A stretch of DNA of 63,671 nucleotides, filler included. It is 3 parts of 3 records of this genome, joined end to end, with 100 filler letters (N's around TTAATTAATTAA, not from the genome) between each part and the next. Parts side by side here need not be neighbours in the genome. Positions count along the whole stretch, not along the records: positions 43,144 to 63,671 come from SRR31156797_4150; 2 more parts are not named here. One strand, given 5' to 3'. Below the pieces are notes generated by a model. The model searched no databases. It was not told where the DNA came from and was given only the letters and a program-made list of their open reading frames with translations. Every line of letters starts with the position of its first letter. Position 1 is the first letter of the stretch. Position numbers and translations under genes: made by a program. Below, in pieces: positions 47,480 to 57,338 of the stretch.

Positions 47480-49276
47480 ATGAATGACTATATAGTAGAT
47501 CACGTTGAAGTTCACGTCTGTATGGGGACCGCTGGGGTTGCCTCAGGCGCGAAAGAGGTTATGACTGCTCTCGATGAAGAATTCGAGAAGCATGGCCTCA
47601 AAAACGCTGAATCTAAAGAAAGAAACTGTGAAGCTAAGCAGACAGGCTGTAGAGGTCTTTGCGCACGTGACGTGCTTATCGACATCTATATCCCTGGTGC
47701 TGAAAAAGCTATCACTTATGAGCATGTTACTGCAGAGATGGTTCCTACAATTGTAGAGGAGCACATCGTTGGTGGTAATATTGTTGAGAAGTGGGCTGCT
47801 AAGAAAGACTACTTCCAGTTTTACGATAAACAAAAACGCTACGTTCTTGCAGACTGTGGTCGAGTAGACCCAGAAGACCTTCCAGACTACGTGAAAGTTG
47901 GTGGCTACGACGCTATCAAAAAAGCTCTCACTATGAAGCCTGAAGAGGTTATTGAAGAAGTTAAAGCGTCTGGACTTCGCGGTCGTGGGGGCGGTGGTTT
48001 CCCTACTGGTCTTAAATGGACTTTCTGTCGCGGAGCTAAAACAGAAGATCACAAATACCTTATCTGTAATGCGGATGAGGGTGACCCTGGAGCTTTCATG
48101 GATCGCTCTATTATTGAGGGTAACCCGCACGCAGTTATCGAAGGTATGCTCATAGCAGCATATGCAATCGGTTGTGACGAAGGTTACATCTACTGCCGTG
48201 CTGAGTATCCTCTTGCTATCGAAAGAGTTATAAAAGCGATCGCAGATGCTGGAGAAGCTGGCTACTTAGGTAAAGGCGTTTTCGGCAGTGACTTCAACTT
48301 TAAACTTAAGCTTAAGGCTGGTGCCGGTGCTTTCGTTTGTGGTGAAGAGACAGCTCTTATCGCTTCTATCGAAGGCGAGAGAGGAATGCCAAGACCAAGA
48401 CCTCCTTTCCCTGCTGTTAAAGGACTTTGGGACAAGCCGTCTAACGTTAACAACGTTGAGACATTCGCTAACCTCCCGAATATCATCCTTCAGGGCTCTG
48501 AGTGGTACGCAAATATTGGTACTGAGAAATCAAAAGGTACTAAGATTTTCGCACTCTCTGGAAAGATTAAGTCTTCCGGACTTGTTGAAGTTCCTATGGG
48601 AATTACAGTACGCGAACTCATTTATGACGTTGGTGGCGGTATCCCTAAGAAGAGAAAATTCAAAGCTGTTCAGCTTGGTGGCCCATCTGGTGGTTGCCTT
48701 ACACCTGATCACCTTGAAACACCAATCGACTACGACTCACTTATCCAGGCGGGAGCTATGATGGGTTCCGGTGGTGTGGTTGTAATGGACGAAACAAACT
48801 GCATGGTTAACGTTGCGCAGTTCTTCCTTACTTTCACACAGAGAGAGTCTTGTGGTAAATGTATACCATGTCGAATCGGTACTAAAACAATGCTTAACAT
48901 CCTCGATAGAATTACTACTGGCGGCGGTCGCGAAGGCGATATCGAACTCCTCCAGCAGATCGGTGAGGATATTAAGACATCATCTCTCTGCGGTCTCGGA
49001 CAAACTGCTCCGAACCCAGTTCTTACTACAATTAAATACTTCCGCCATGAGTATGAAGCTCATATCCATGATAAGAAGTGTCCTGCAAGGGAATGTGCAG
49101 AGCTCATTGAGTTTGTAGTAGTTAACGAAAGATGTAAAAAATGCGGTCTTTGCAAGAAAGCTTGTCCTGTAGATGCTATCTACTGGGAGAAGAAAGAGTA
49201 TGCAATTATCGACAACGAAAAATGCGTTAAGTGTCGCGAGTGTATCGTGAACTGTCCATTTAACGCGATAGATTAG
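47480..49276 (+). CDS. nuoF: NADH-quinone oxidoreductase subunit F, long HydB/BfuB-type
   Basis: N-terminal thioredoxin-like domain, GRGGGGFP, NADEGDPGAFMDR, CGEETAL, GGPSGG, ESCGKCIPCR, C-terminal 2x CxxCxxCxxxCP. Confidence 0.95.
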   Translation: MNDYIVDHVEVHVCMGTAGVASGAKEVMTALDEEFEKHGLKNAESKERNCEAKQTGCRGLCARDVLIDIYIPGAEKAITYEHVTAEMVPTIVEEHIVGGNIVEKWAAKKDYFQFYDKQKRYVLADCGRVDPEDLPDYVKVGGYDAIKKALTMKPEEVIEEVKASGLRGRGGGGFPTGLKWTFCRGAKTEDHKYLICNADEGDPGAFMDRSIIEGNPHAVIEGMLIAAYAIGCDEGYIYCRAEYPLAIERVIKAIADAGEAGYLGKGVFGSDFNFKLKLKAGAGAFVCGEETALIASIEGERGMPRPRPPFPAVKGLWDKPSNVNNVETFANLPNIILQGSEWYANIGTEKSKGTKIFALSGKIKSSGLVEVPMGITVRELIYDVGGGIPKKRKFKAVQLGGPSGGCLTPDHLETPIDYDSLIQAGAMMGSGGVVVMDETNCMVNVAQFFLTFTQRESCGKCIPCRIGTKTMLNILDRITTGGGREGDIELLQQIGEDIKTSSLCGLGQTAPNPVLTTIKYFRHEYEAHIHDKKCPARECAELIEFVVVNERCKKCGLCKKACPVDAIYWEKKEYAIIDNEKCVKCRECIVNCPFNAID

Positions 49277-49295
49277 GACCGAGGAGAATTTCAGT

Positions 49296-51542
49296 ATGTT
49301 TACTGTAAAAATAAACGGAAAAGAGGTTGAGGTTCCAGCAGGAACTACGATACTCGATGCCGCAAAAGAGGCTGGAGTTCATATTCCCGTGCTTTGCCAC
49401 GACTCCAGACTGAATCCATTCGGTGCTTGCAGGGTTTGCCTTGTAGAGCAGGTTGGTATGCCTAAGCTTCAGGCTGCGTGTACAACACCTGTAACCGATA
49501 AAATGGAAATCGTAACTGAATCTGAAAAGCTTGCAAGAGTTCGTAAGACAGCAATTGAGCTGCTTCTTATCAACCACCCGCTTGATTGTCCTGTTTGTGA
49601 CAAGGGTGGAGAGTGTACTCTTCAAGATCTTACATATGAAGTTGGGGTTACTAAAGTTCGTTTCGACGCTGTTCCGAACGATACACCAGTCGATCACACA
49701 AACCCTTTTATCGAAAGGGATATCGACAGATGTGTACTTTGCGGACGCTGCGTACGTATATGTGACGAGGTTGTAAATATTCAGGCTATTTCATTCCTGA
49801 ACAGAGGTACAGACACACAGATCGGTACTTCATTTGATCAGCCTTGGAACTGTGAATACTGCGGTCAGTGTATCAGCGTATGTCCAGTCGGCTCACTCAA
49901 TAACAGGGTTTATCTTTTCAAGAACAGACCTTGGAACCTTGAAAGTGAGAAGACAGTTTGCGGTCTCTGCTCATGCGGATGTACTGTAAGCATCGACTAC
50001 GAAGGGAACGAAGTATTCCGTATGAACGAAATGCCTGAAGAAGGCGTAAACCACGGATATATGTGTGCTAAAGGCCGTTTCGGTTTCGACTTTATGAACT
50101 CCGTAAAGCGTGAAACTGAGGCTCAGATCACTGTATCAGGTGAGGCGAAGAAAGTTTCCACACAGGAAGCTGTTGACTATGCCGCTGAGAAACTTAAAGG
50201 TGCTGCCGCTGATAGCGTAGCAATCGTAGTTTCACCAAGACTTACTAACGAGGAAGCTTTCCTCGCAACTAAGCTTGCTGCAAAGGTCGGTACAGAAAAT
50301 GTCTTCTCTACTGAGACAGATGATATCATGCCGGAAGCCACATACGAAGATGTTGAGAACTCTGACGCTGTTGCAGTTCTTAATATTAACGTTACAGAAT
50401 CCAATCCAATTCTCGGACTCGCTGTCAGAGTTGCTGCAAGAAAGGGCGAAGCCCCTCTTACAGTTTTCTATCCAAGTGAAACTGCACTCAAAAGAGTTGC
50501 AACTAAGCTTGTGACTGGAAATCCTGATGCACTCGCTGGCGAGATGGAGAAATTCTGCGCTGCTATAGGTGGAGCGGACAACGAATACGCTGTAGAAGCT
50601 AAGCAAATGCTTGAAGCTGAAAAGCCTGTCGTTGTTTTCGATCCATACAATAAAGCGGACGCTTACATAGCTCAAGAGATCAAGAAAGCTTGTGACAAGA
50701 TTAAACTTGTTCCTGCTAAGTCCAAAAACAACTCCGTTGGTGTTGTAGATATGGGCTGCGGTGCTAAAGATCCTGCTGAGTTTGCTGCTGGTGTTGAATC
50801 CGGCAAAATCAAGTCTGTTATCTGCCTCGGTGAAAACATCGCTGCAAGAACAGGCTGGAGCAAACTTACAGGCGCTCTCGCTAAGCTTGATCTGCTTGTT
50901 GTTACTGATCCTTTCATGAGCGACACTGCTAAACTCGCTAATGTCTACATCCCGGTAGCTACATTTGCTGAGAAGAGCGGTTCCTTCACTAACCTTGAAG
51001 GAAGAGTTCAGCTCGTAAGCAAGGCTGTTGACAAGGGTGTCGTAACTGACGCTGACGTTATCGCAGGACTTGCAAAAGGACTCGGTGAAGAGTTGCCTAC
51101 GGATGCATATCCGGTACAGCAGCTCATTAAGAAAGAGGTGAAACTTTACTCCGGTGTCGAGTTTGACGGCGGCGTAGTTGCTTACCCATCTGTTTTCAAA
51201 ACAGAAGTGGCGAAAGCTTCTGCTACTGCTCAAGGCAACGGCAAGTTCTACCTTTATCCCGCTAGCCTCAGGCTGCATTCAGGTTCTTACACAAGATGGT
51301 CCCCAGACCTCGCAAAAGTATACGGTTCACCGATACTTGAGGTAAGCGTTGACGACGCTAAAGAGATGGAGCTCGAAAGTGGTGCGAAAGTAACACTTAA
51401 GGGTGACGGTTTCTCTGGTGAGTTTGTTGTTGAGATAGATAAGCAAATGACAAAGGGTTGTGTTTCACTCCCGGAGGACTTTGCTGATACAGCCGATATC
51501 TTCTCACTTGGAAGATATTTAAAAGCGGAAATAATTAAGTAA
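49296..51542 (+). CDS. nuoG: NADH-quinone oxidoreductase subunit G
   Basis: LCH...GACRVC, HPLDCPVCDKGGEC, CVLCGRCVRIC, CEYCGQCISVCPVG, CGLCSCGC...CAKG. Confidence 0.95.
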   Translation: MFTVKINGKEVEVPAGTTILDAAKEAGVHIPVLCHDSRLNPFGACRVCLVEQVGMPKLQAACTTPVTDKMEIVTESEKLARVRKTAIELLLINHPLDCPVCDKGGECTLQDLTYEVGVTKVRFDAVPNDTPVDHTNPFIERDIDRCVLCGRCVRICDEVVNIQAISFLNRGTDTQIGTSFDQPWNCEYCGQCISVCPVGSLNNRVYLFKNRPWNLESEKTVCGLCSCGCTVSIDYEGNEVFRMNEMPEEGVNHGYMCAKGRFGFDFMNSVKRETEAQITVSGEAKKVSTQEAVDYAAEKLKGAAADSVAIVVSPRLTNEEAFLATKLAAKVGTENVFSTETDDIMPEATYEDVENSDAVAVLNINVTESNPILGLAVRVAARKGEAPLTVFYPSETALKRVATKLVTGNPDALAGEMEKFCAAIGGADNEYAVEAKQMLEAEKPVVVFDPYNKADAYIAQEIKKACDKIKLVPAKSKNNSVGVVDMGCGAKDPAEFAAGVESGKIKSVICLGENIAARTGWSKLTGALAKLDLLVVTDPFMSDTAKLANVYIPVATFAEKSGSFTNLEGRVQLVSKAVDKGVVTDADVIAGLAKGLGEELPTDAYPVQQLIKKEVKLYSGVEFDGGVVAYPSVFKTEVAKASATAQGNGKFYLYPASLRLHSGSYTRWSPDLAKVYGSPILEVSVDDAKEMELESGAKVTLKGDGFSGEFVVEIDKQMTKGCVSLPEDFADTADIFSLGRYLKAEIIK

Positions 51543-51569
51543 TGAAAGTTATAGATAAGAGGTAGGGGA

Positions 51570-52556
51570 ATGGTACTCGCGATTGTCTTCACACTAATCA
51601 AGATACTGATTATAGTTGTGTGCACACTCATTGGTGTAGCCTACATGACCTATGCAGAACGTAAAGTTATTGGTCATATGCAGGTTCGCCTCGGTCCGTC
51701 ACACACCGGTCCTAAAGGACTCCTTCAACCCTTAGCTGATGGTCTGAAACTTTTTACTAAGGAAGATATAACTCCAGACATGGTTGATAAACCTGTCTTC
51801 TATGTTGCACCTTTCCTTGGTATGGTTCCTGGACTCGCAGCTTTTGCGGTTATACCTTTTGCTGATGAGATGACTCTCTTCGGCATGAAGGTTCAGCCTT
51901 ACGTATCTGATATCAACGTAGGACTACTTTATCTGTTAGCACTCTCTTCAGTAGGTGTTTACGGTATAATTATGTCCGGTTGGGCTTCTAACTCGAAGTA
52001 CTCTACACTGGGTTCACTTCGTTCGACAGCTCAGGTTATCAGTTACGAGACAGCTCTGGGACTCTCACTTGTCGGTCCTGTTCTTCTTGCAGGCTCACTT
52101 AGCCTCAAGAGCATCACTGATGCACAGGCCGGAATGTGGTTTATTGTTCCACAGTTCGTAGCATTTATAGTATTCGTAATTTCAGCGGTGGCTGAAACAA
52201 ACAGGGCACCTTTTGACCTTGCAGAGGCAGAGACAGAGATTGTCTCAGGTTTCCACACAGAGTATTCATCCATGAGATTTGCAATGTTCTTCCTCGGAGA
52301 GTATGCATCCATGTGGGCGATTGCTTCTATGTGCGCAATCATGTTCCTCGGCGGTTACACAGGCCCTTTCCTTCCGCCACTCGTTTGGTTCCTTCTTAAG
52401 GTTTGTGCTTTTATGTTCTTCTATCTCTGGTTGAGAGCTACTCTCCCAAGACTTAGATACGATCAGCTTATGAACCTTGGATGGAAAATACTTATTCCAG
52501 TCGCACTTGCCAACCTGTTCATCACGAGCATCGTTGTCTATGCGATCAGGAATTAA
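51570..52556 (+). CDS. nuoH: NADH-quinone oxidoreductase subunit H
   Basis: ERKV.GHMQ.R.GP, AETNRAPFDL.EAE.E. Confidence 0.98.
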   Translation: MVLAIVFTLIKILIIVVCTLIGVAYMTYAERKVIGHMQVRLGPSHTGPKGLLQPLADGLKLFTKEDITPDMVDKPVFYVAPFLGMVPGLAAFAVIPFADEMTLFGMKVQPYVSDINVGLLYLLALSSVGVYGIIMSGWASNSKYSTLGSLRSTAQVISYETALGLSLVGPVLLAGSLSLKSITDAQAGMWFIVPQFVAFIVFVISAVAETNRAPFDLAEAETEIVSGFHTEYSSMRFAMFFLGEYASMWAIASMCAIMFLGGYTGPFLPPLVWFLLKVCAFMFFYLWLRATLPRLRYDQLMNLGWKILIPVALANLFITSIVVYAIRN

Positions 52557-52567
52557 GGGGTGATGTA

Positions 52568-53065
52568 ATGAGAAAAAGTATATTTGAAACAATCTTCTTT
52601 TCAGAAATTCTGAAAGGACTCAGCATCACTATGAAGCACATGTTTACTAAACCTGTGACTTACAAGTACCCTTACGAAGCTACTCCTATTCAGGATAGAT
52701 TCAGAGGTGTACAGTACATAAAAACCCATGAAGACGGCAGCACAAAGTGTGTTGGATGTTATCTCTGTCAAAAGGTTTGTCCTTCAGAGTGTATCCACAT
52801 CGAAACTGACTGTGGTCCTAAAGGTGAGAGGCTTATCAGAAAGTATGAGCTCGACCTTTCCAGATGTATCTACTGTGGATACTGTGAAGAGGTTTGCCCT
52901 GTTGACGCCATCCATATGGGATGGGAGTGGAACATCGTTGCTCCTAACAGAGACGGCTATGTAATCAACATGAAAACACTTTCTCAGAACTACAAGGATA
53001 ACCTTGAAGGTAACTGGAAAAACAAGCACCTCAAAAAGAAACTTGTTGAAGGGGTGAAGCAATGA
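52568..53065 (+). CDS. nuoI: NADH-quinone oxidoreductase subunit I
   Basis: CVGCYLCQKVCP, CIYCGYCEEVCP; start ATG 52568 after RBS. Confidence 0.96.
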   Translation: MRKSIFETIFFSEILKGLSITMKHMFTKPVTYKYPYEATPIQDRFRGVQYIKTHEDGSTKCVGCYLCQKVCPSECIHIETDCGPKGERLIRKYELDLSRCIYCGYCEEVCPVDAIHMGWEWNIVAPNRDGYVINMKTLSQNYKDNLEGNWKNKHLKKKLVEGVKQ

Positions 53066-53574
53066 TGGACATTCTGACAAACATTGGATTCTGGGTACTT
53101 GGAATCACTGCGGTAGTATCTGCACTGTTTCTTGTAACTAGAGAAAACCCTGTTCATTCTGCACTATGGATGCTGCTCACATTTTTCTGTGTAGCTGGTA
53201 TCTTCGTACAGCTTGATGCCGAATATATTGCGGCTATTCAGGTAATGGTATATGCAGGTGCGATTCTCGTACTGTATATGTTCGTTGTGATGCTTCTCAA
53301 CCCTAAGTCAAACGGCTTCATTAAGATGCCATTTAAAGTTATCCTCGGTGGAATCGTATCTCTGATCGTTTTCCTTCAGGTGATTATGACTCTTATGGGT
53401 GCAGACGTTATCAAAACATCAAAGCTTACCGGCATTGCGGATCCTAACAACTTTGGAAACGCTAAACTGTTCGGTATGGACCTTTTTACAAAATACCTTG
53501 TGCCATTTGAGATAGTTTCTATCTTGCTCCTCGTAGCGATGATCGGCGCAATCGTAATAGCGAAAAAGGATTAG
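53062..53574 (+). CDS. nuoJ: NADH-quinone oxidoreductase subunit J
   Basis: NPVHSAL, QVMVYAGAI, PFE.VSILLL. Confidence 0.96.
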   Translation: MMDILTNIGFWVLGITAVVSALFLVTRENPVHSALWMLLTFFCVAGIFVQLDAEYIAAIQVMVYAGAILVLYMFVVMLLNPKSNGFIKMPFKVILGGIVSLIVFLQVIMTLMGADVIKTSKLTGIADPNNFGNAKLFGMDLFTKYLVPFEIVSILLLVAMIGAIVIAKKD

Positions 53575-53583
53575 GGGGAAAAG

Positions 53584-53886
53584 ATGCTTACTCTCGCACA
53601 TTATCTTGTTTTGAGCGGTATCATCTTTGCCATCGGTATGGCTGGCGTTCTGGTTCGCAGGAACCTCATCGTTATGTTCATGTCTTTGGAATTGATGCTT
53701 AACGCTGTTAACATCAACCTTGCAGCCTTTTCAAACCATTTACAGCAAATGGACGGACAGATTTTTATCGTGTTCGTTATGGCTGTAGCTGCAGCTGAAG
53801 CCGCTGTTGGTCTTGCTCTGATCATTACAATGTTCAGAAATAAGCAGACCATTAACGCTGACGAAATTAATACAATGAGAGGATAG
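53584..53886 (+). CDS. nuoK: NADH-quinone oxidoreductase subunit K
   Basis: [19 protein letters not shown]. Confidence 0.97.
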   Translation: MLTLAHYLVLSGIIFAIGMAGVLVRRNLIVMFMSLELMLNAVNINLAAFSNHLQQMDGQIFIVFVMAVAAAEAAVGLALIITMFRNKQTINADEINTMRG

Positions 53887-53894
53887 AGGTAGTT

Positions 53895-55811
53895 ATGATT
53901 TTTGCAGTATTAACACTTCTCGGGCCACTTGTTGCCTTTTTGATTAACGGTCTTCTTGGTAGAAGATACATCAAAAACTTCGCACCTATCGTGGCTATTG
54001 CTGGTGTTAGTGTTTCCTTTGTCTGCGCTCTGATATTGTTCTACCTTGTTTCTCAAGGTTTCAGTGTAGACGGCACACTTTACACCTGGGTTATTGCGGA
54101 TAAACTTGTTGTACCTTTTGGTATACTTATCGATCCGCTGTCATCCATCATGCTTATCGTTGTTACAACAATTTCTCTGATGGTACATATATACTCCATC
54201 GGATACATGCACGGAGATCCTGGCTTCTGGAGATTTTTTACATATCTCTCAGTGTTCACACTCTCCATGCTGATACTTGTTCTTGGTAACAACTTCCTTA
54301 TGCTCTTCTGTGGTTGGGAACTTGTGGGTCTTTCTTCGTACCTGCTTATCGGTTTCTGGTTCCACAAAAAGAGTGCAGCTGATGCATGTAAGAAAGCTTT
54401 TGTTATGAACAGAGTCGGTGACTTTGGTTTCTACGTTGGTCTCCTCCTTGTGATCGTGACCTTCAGATCCCTTAACTACTCTGACGCTTTTAACACAGAA
54501 GCTATACACCATATTAAAGAGGCAGGCTTTGTTGTCTTCGGCATGAAGCTCTCCCTCATCGACCTTATGACATTCGGTCTCTTCTGCGGTGCTATGGGTA
54601 AATCTGCCCAGTTCCCACTGCATACTTGGCTTCCGGATGCGATGGAAGGTCCTACACCGGTTTCCGCACTTATTCACGCGGCTACAATGGTAACAGCCGG
54701 TGTTTACATGGTTGCTAGATGTAACGCTCTCTTTTCTGAAGCGCACATGACTTCACAGTTCATCGTGTTCGCGGGTGCTATGACAGCATTCCTCGGTGCT
54801 TCAATCGGTCTTACTCAGTTCGACCTTAAGAGAATCCTTGCTTATTCAACAGTATCGCAGCTTGGTTATATGATCATGGCTACTGGTGTTGGAGCATATG
54901 TTGCAGCTATCTTCCACCTTTTCACACACGCTATGTTCAAAGGACTTCTTTTCCTTTGCTCAGGTTCAGTTATGCACGCTATGCACGACGACCTTGACGT
55001 TAGAAACATGGGTGGACTGAAAAAGAAGATGCCAATCACGCATTGGACATACCTTATAGGTTGTATCGCAATTGCAGGTATCCCACCACTCGCTGGTTTC
55101 TGGTCTAAGGACGAGATTCTCGCTATGACATTCGCTGGTGGACATACTATTGCATGGTTTGTTGGTACATCTGTAGCTGGTATGACCGCTTTCTATATGT
55201 TCAGATCCTACTTCCTCGTGTTCCAGGGAACACCAAGAAATCAGCATCTGCACGATCATGCTCACGAGTCCCCTTGGACAATGGCAGGACCGCTTGTATT
55301 CCTTGCGTTCCTCTCCATATTCGTTGGTATGGTATTCGGTTATCCGCTTGAAAACGGATACATCCACTCTTTCCTCGGGCCAGTGCTTACACCTGCACAC
55401 GCTCACCCACACCATATGGAGCATTCAACAGCGCTTATGCTTATGCTGCTCTCAATCGGTGTTGCTGTAGCGGGTATATTTGTTTCTTACCTGTTCTACA
55501 TTAAGAACTACCCAGCACTTCCTGAGAAGACAGTTAAAACATTTAAGCCTATCCACAAGTTCTTCTTTAACAAGTGGTTCTTCGATGAGCTTTATGATTT
55601 TCTCTTCGTACACCCTATCGTAATGCTTTCAAACATACTTTGGAGAGCATTTGATGTTAACGTTGTTGACTTCATTGTGAACGCATTTGGTCGAGTACCT
55701 ATGTGGTTCTCTGGTGTTGTCAGACACGTACAGACTGGTCGTATACAGACATACATCTTTACGATGGTTGTCGGTGTAATCGTACTGGTCACAATTTTCT
55801 ATACAGTGTAA
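53895..55811 (+). CDS. nuoL: NADH-quinone oxidoreductase subunit L
   Basis: GKSAQFPLHTWLPDAMEGPTPVSALIHAATM, YSTVSQLGYM. Confidence 0.98.
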   Translation: MIFAVLTLLGPLVAFLINGLLGRRYIKNFAPIVAIAGVSVSFVCALILFYLVSQGFSVDGTLYTWVIADKLVVPFGILIDPLSSIMLIVVTTISLMVHIYSIGYMHGDPGFWRFFTYLSVFTLSMLILVLGNNFLMLFCGWELVGLSSYLLIGFWFHKKSAADACKKAFVMNRVGDFGFYVGLLLVIVTFRSLNYSDAFNTEAIHHIKEAGFVVFGMKLSLIDLMTFGLFCGAMGKSAQFPLHTWLPDAMEGPTPVSALIHAATMVTAGVYMVARCNALFSEAHMTSQFIVFAGAMTAFLGASIGLTQFDLKRILAYSTVSQLGYMIMATGVGAYVAAIFHLFTHAMFKGLLFLCSGSVMHAMHDDLDVRNMGGLKKKMPITHWTYLIGCIAIAGIPPLAGFWSKDEILAMTFAGGHTIAWFVGTSVAGMTAFYMFRSYFLVFQGTPRNQHLHDHAHESPWTMAGPLVFLAFLSIFVGMVFGYPLENGYIHSFLGPVLTPAHAHPHHMEHSTALMLMLLSIGVAVAGIFVSYLFYIKNYPALPEKTVKTFKPIHKFFFNKWFFDELYDFLFVHPIVMLSNILWRAFDVNVVDFIVNAFGRVPMWFSGVVRHVQTGRIQTYIFTMVVGVIVLVTIFYTV

Positions 55812-55824
55812 GGGGGATGCAAAG

Positions 55825-57324
55825 ATGATGGAAAATATCCTAAGTTTACTTATTTTCTTCCCGCTGGTAGCGGCACTTTTCATCCTTATATTCTTCAAGG
55901 ACGGAAAGACCACAATGTGGGCTGCATTTGCGGCTTCAATAGTTGAATTTATATTCACTATTCCGCTTATGACAAATTTCGACAAAGCTAACCCTGCTAT
56001 GCAGTTTGTTGAGAAGATGGATTGGATTCCGGCACTCGGTATCCAGTACTCTGTAGGTGTGGATGGTATATCCGTACTTATGGTCTTCCTCACAACAATG
56101 CTTACAGCGATAGCTATCCTTGGCTCATTCACTTATATCCAGAAGAGACAGAAAGAGTTCTATATCTCCATGCTTATCCTTCAGACAGGTATGGTCGGAA
56201 CATTCCTCGCTATGGACTTCTTCCTCTTCTACATATTTTGGGAAGCAATGCTCATCCCAATGTATCTGATCATCGGTGTTTGGGGCGGTAAGAGAAGAAT
56301 ATACGCTGCTGTAAAGTTCTTCCTGTATACTTTTGCTGGTTCCGTACTTATGCTGCTCGCGATTATCGCGCTCTACTTTAAGCACGGTGCTATCACTGGC
56401 GAATATACTTTTGACATAATGAAGATCACAGCTCAGTACGCTGCATACAGCGTTCCGTTCCAGATGCTCGTTTGCTCAGCATTCTTCCTCGGATTCGCTA
56501 TCAAAGTTCCTATGTTTCCAGTACACACTTGGCTTCCTGACGCACACGTTGAGGCGCCTACAGCAGGATCTGTTATCCTTGCTGGTGTACTTCTTAAGAT
56601 GGGTACTTACGGTATGCTTCGTTTCTGTCTGCCGATCACACCAATCGCATCTATTAAGATGATGCCGTTCGTAGCTATAATGTCTGTTATCGCTATTATA
56701 TACGGTGCTCTTGTTGCGATGGTGCAAAAGGATATAAAGAAGCTTGTTGCTTACTCATCTGTTTCACACATGGGTTTTGTAACACTCGGTATATATGCTC
56801 TTAATGTTTCCGGTATTGAAGGCGGTATCCTCCAGATGTTTAACCACGGTATAATCACTGGTGCACTCTTCCTTCTGATCGGTCTGATATACGAGAGAAC
56901 ACATACAAGAGAGATAGCTGACTACGGTGGTATCGCTAAAAGCGTTCCAGTGTTTGCTACTATCTTCCTTATCTTTACAATGGGTTCCATAGGCCTTCCA
57001 TCTATGGGTGCTTTCGTTGGTGAATTCCTTGTACTTGTTGGTGCATTTCAGGCATTCTCCGACTGGGCAATCCTCGCTGCTATCGGTGTGATTTTCTCCG
57101 CCGTATACATGCTTTGGGTTTACCAGAGAGTGCTCTATCAGTCACTTAACACTAAGTGGGAGAACCTTAAGGATATGAACGTGAGAGAAGTAATATACAT
57201 CTTCCCTCTTCTCATTGTAGTGTTCTGGATCGGTGTATATCCTGAGACCTTCACCGAATACATGCACGCAAGCGTGAAAAACCTCGTTGACCACATGCAG
57301 AATGTTGCTGTGGCGATGAAGTAG
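55825..57324 (+). CDS. nuoM: NADH-quinone oxidoreductase subunit M
   Basis: KVPMFPVHTWLPDAHVEAPT.GS, AYSSVSHMG. Confidence 0.98.
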   Translation: MMENILSLLIFFPLVAALFILIFFKDGKTTMWAAFAASIVEFIFTIPLMTNFDKANPAMQFVEKMDWIPALGIQYSVGVDGISVLMVFLTTMLTAIAILGSFTYIQKRQKEFYISMLILQTGMVGTFLAMDFFLFYIFWEAMLIPMYLIIGVWGGKRRIYAAVKFFLYTFAGSVLMLLAIIALYFKHGAITGEYTFDIMKITAQYAAYSVPFQMLVCSAFFLGFAIKVPMFPVHTWLPDAHVEAPTAGSVILAGVLLKMGTYGMLRFCLPITPIASIKMMPFVAIMSVIAIIYGALVAMVQKDIKKLVAYSSVSHMGFVTLGIYALNVSGIEGGILQMFNHGIITGALFLLIGLIYERTHTREIADYGGIAKSVPVFATIFLIFTMGSIGLPSMGAFVGEFLVLVGAFQAFSDWAILAAIGVIFSAVYMLWVYQRVLYQSLNTKWENLKDMNVREVIYIFPLLIVVFWIGVYPETFTEYMHASVKNLVDHMQNVAVAMK

Positions 57325-57338
57325 GGGAGGTTAAAGAT

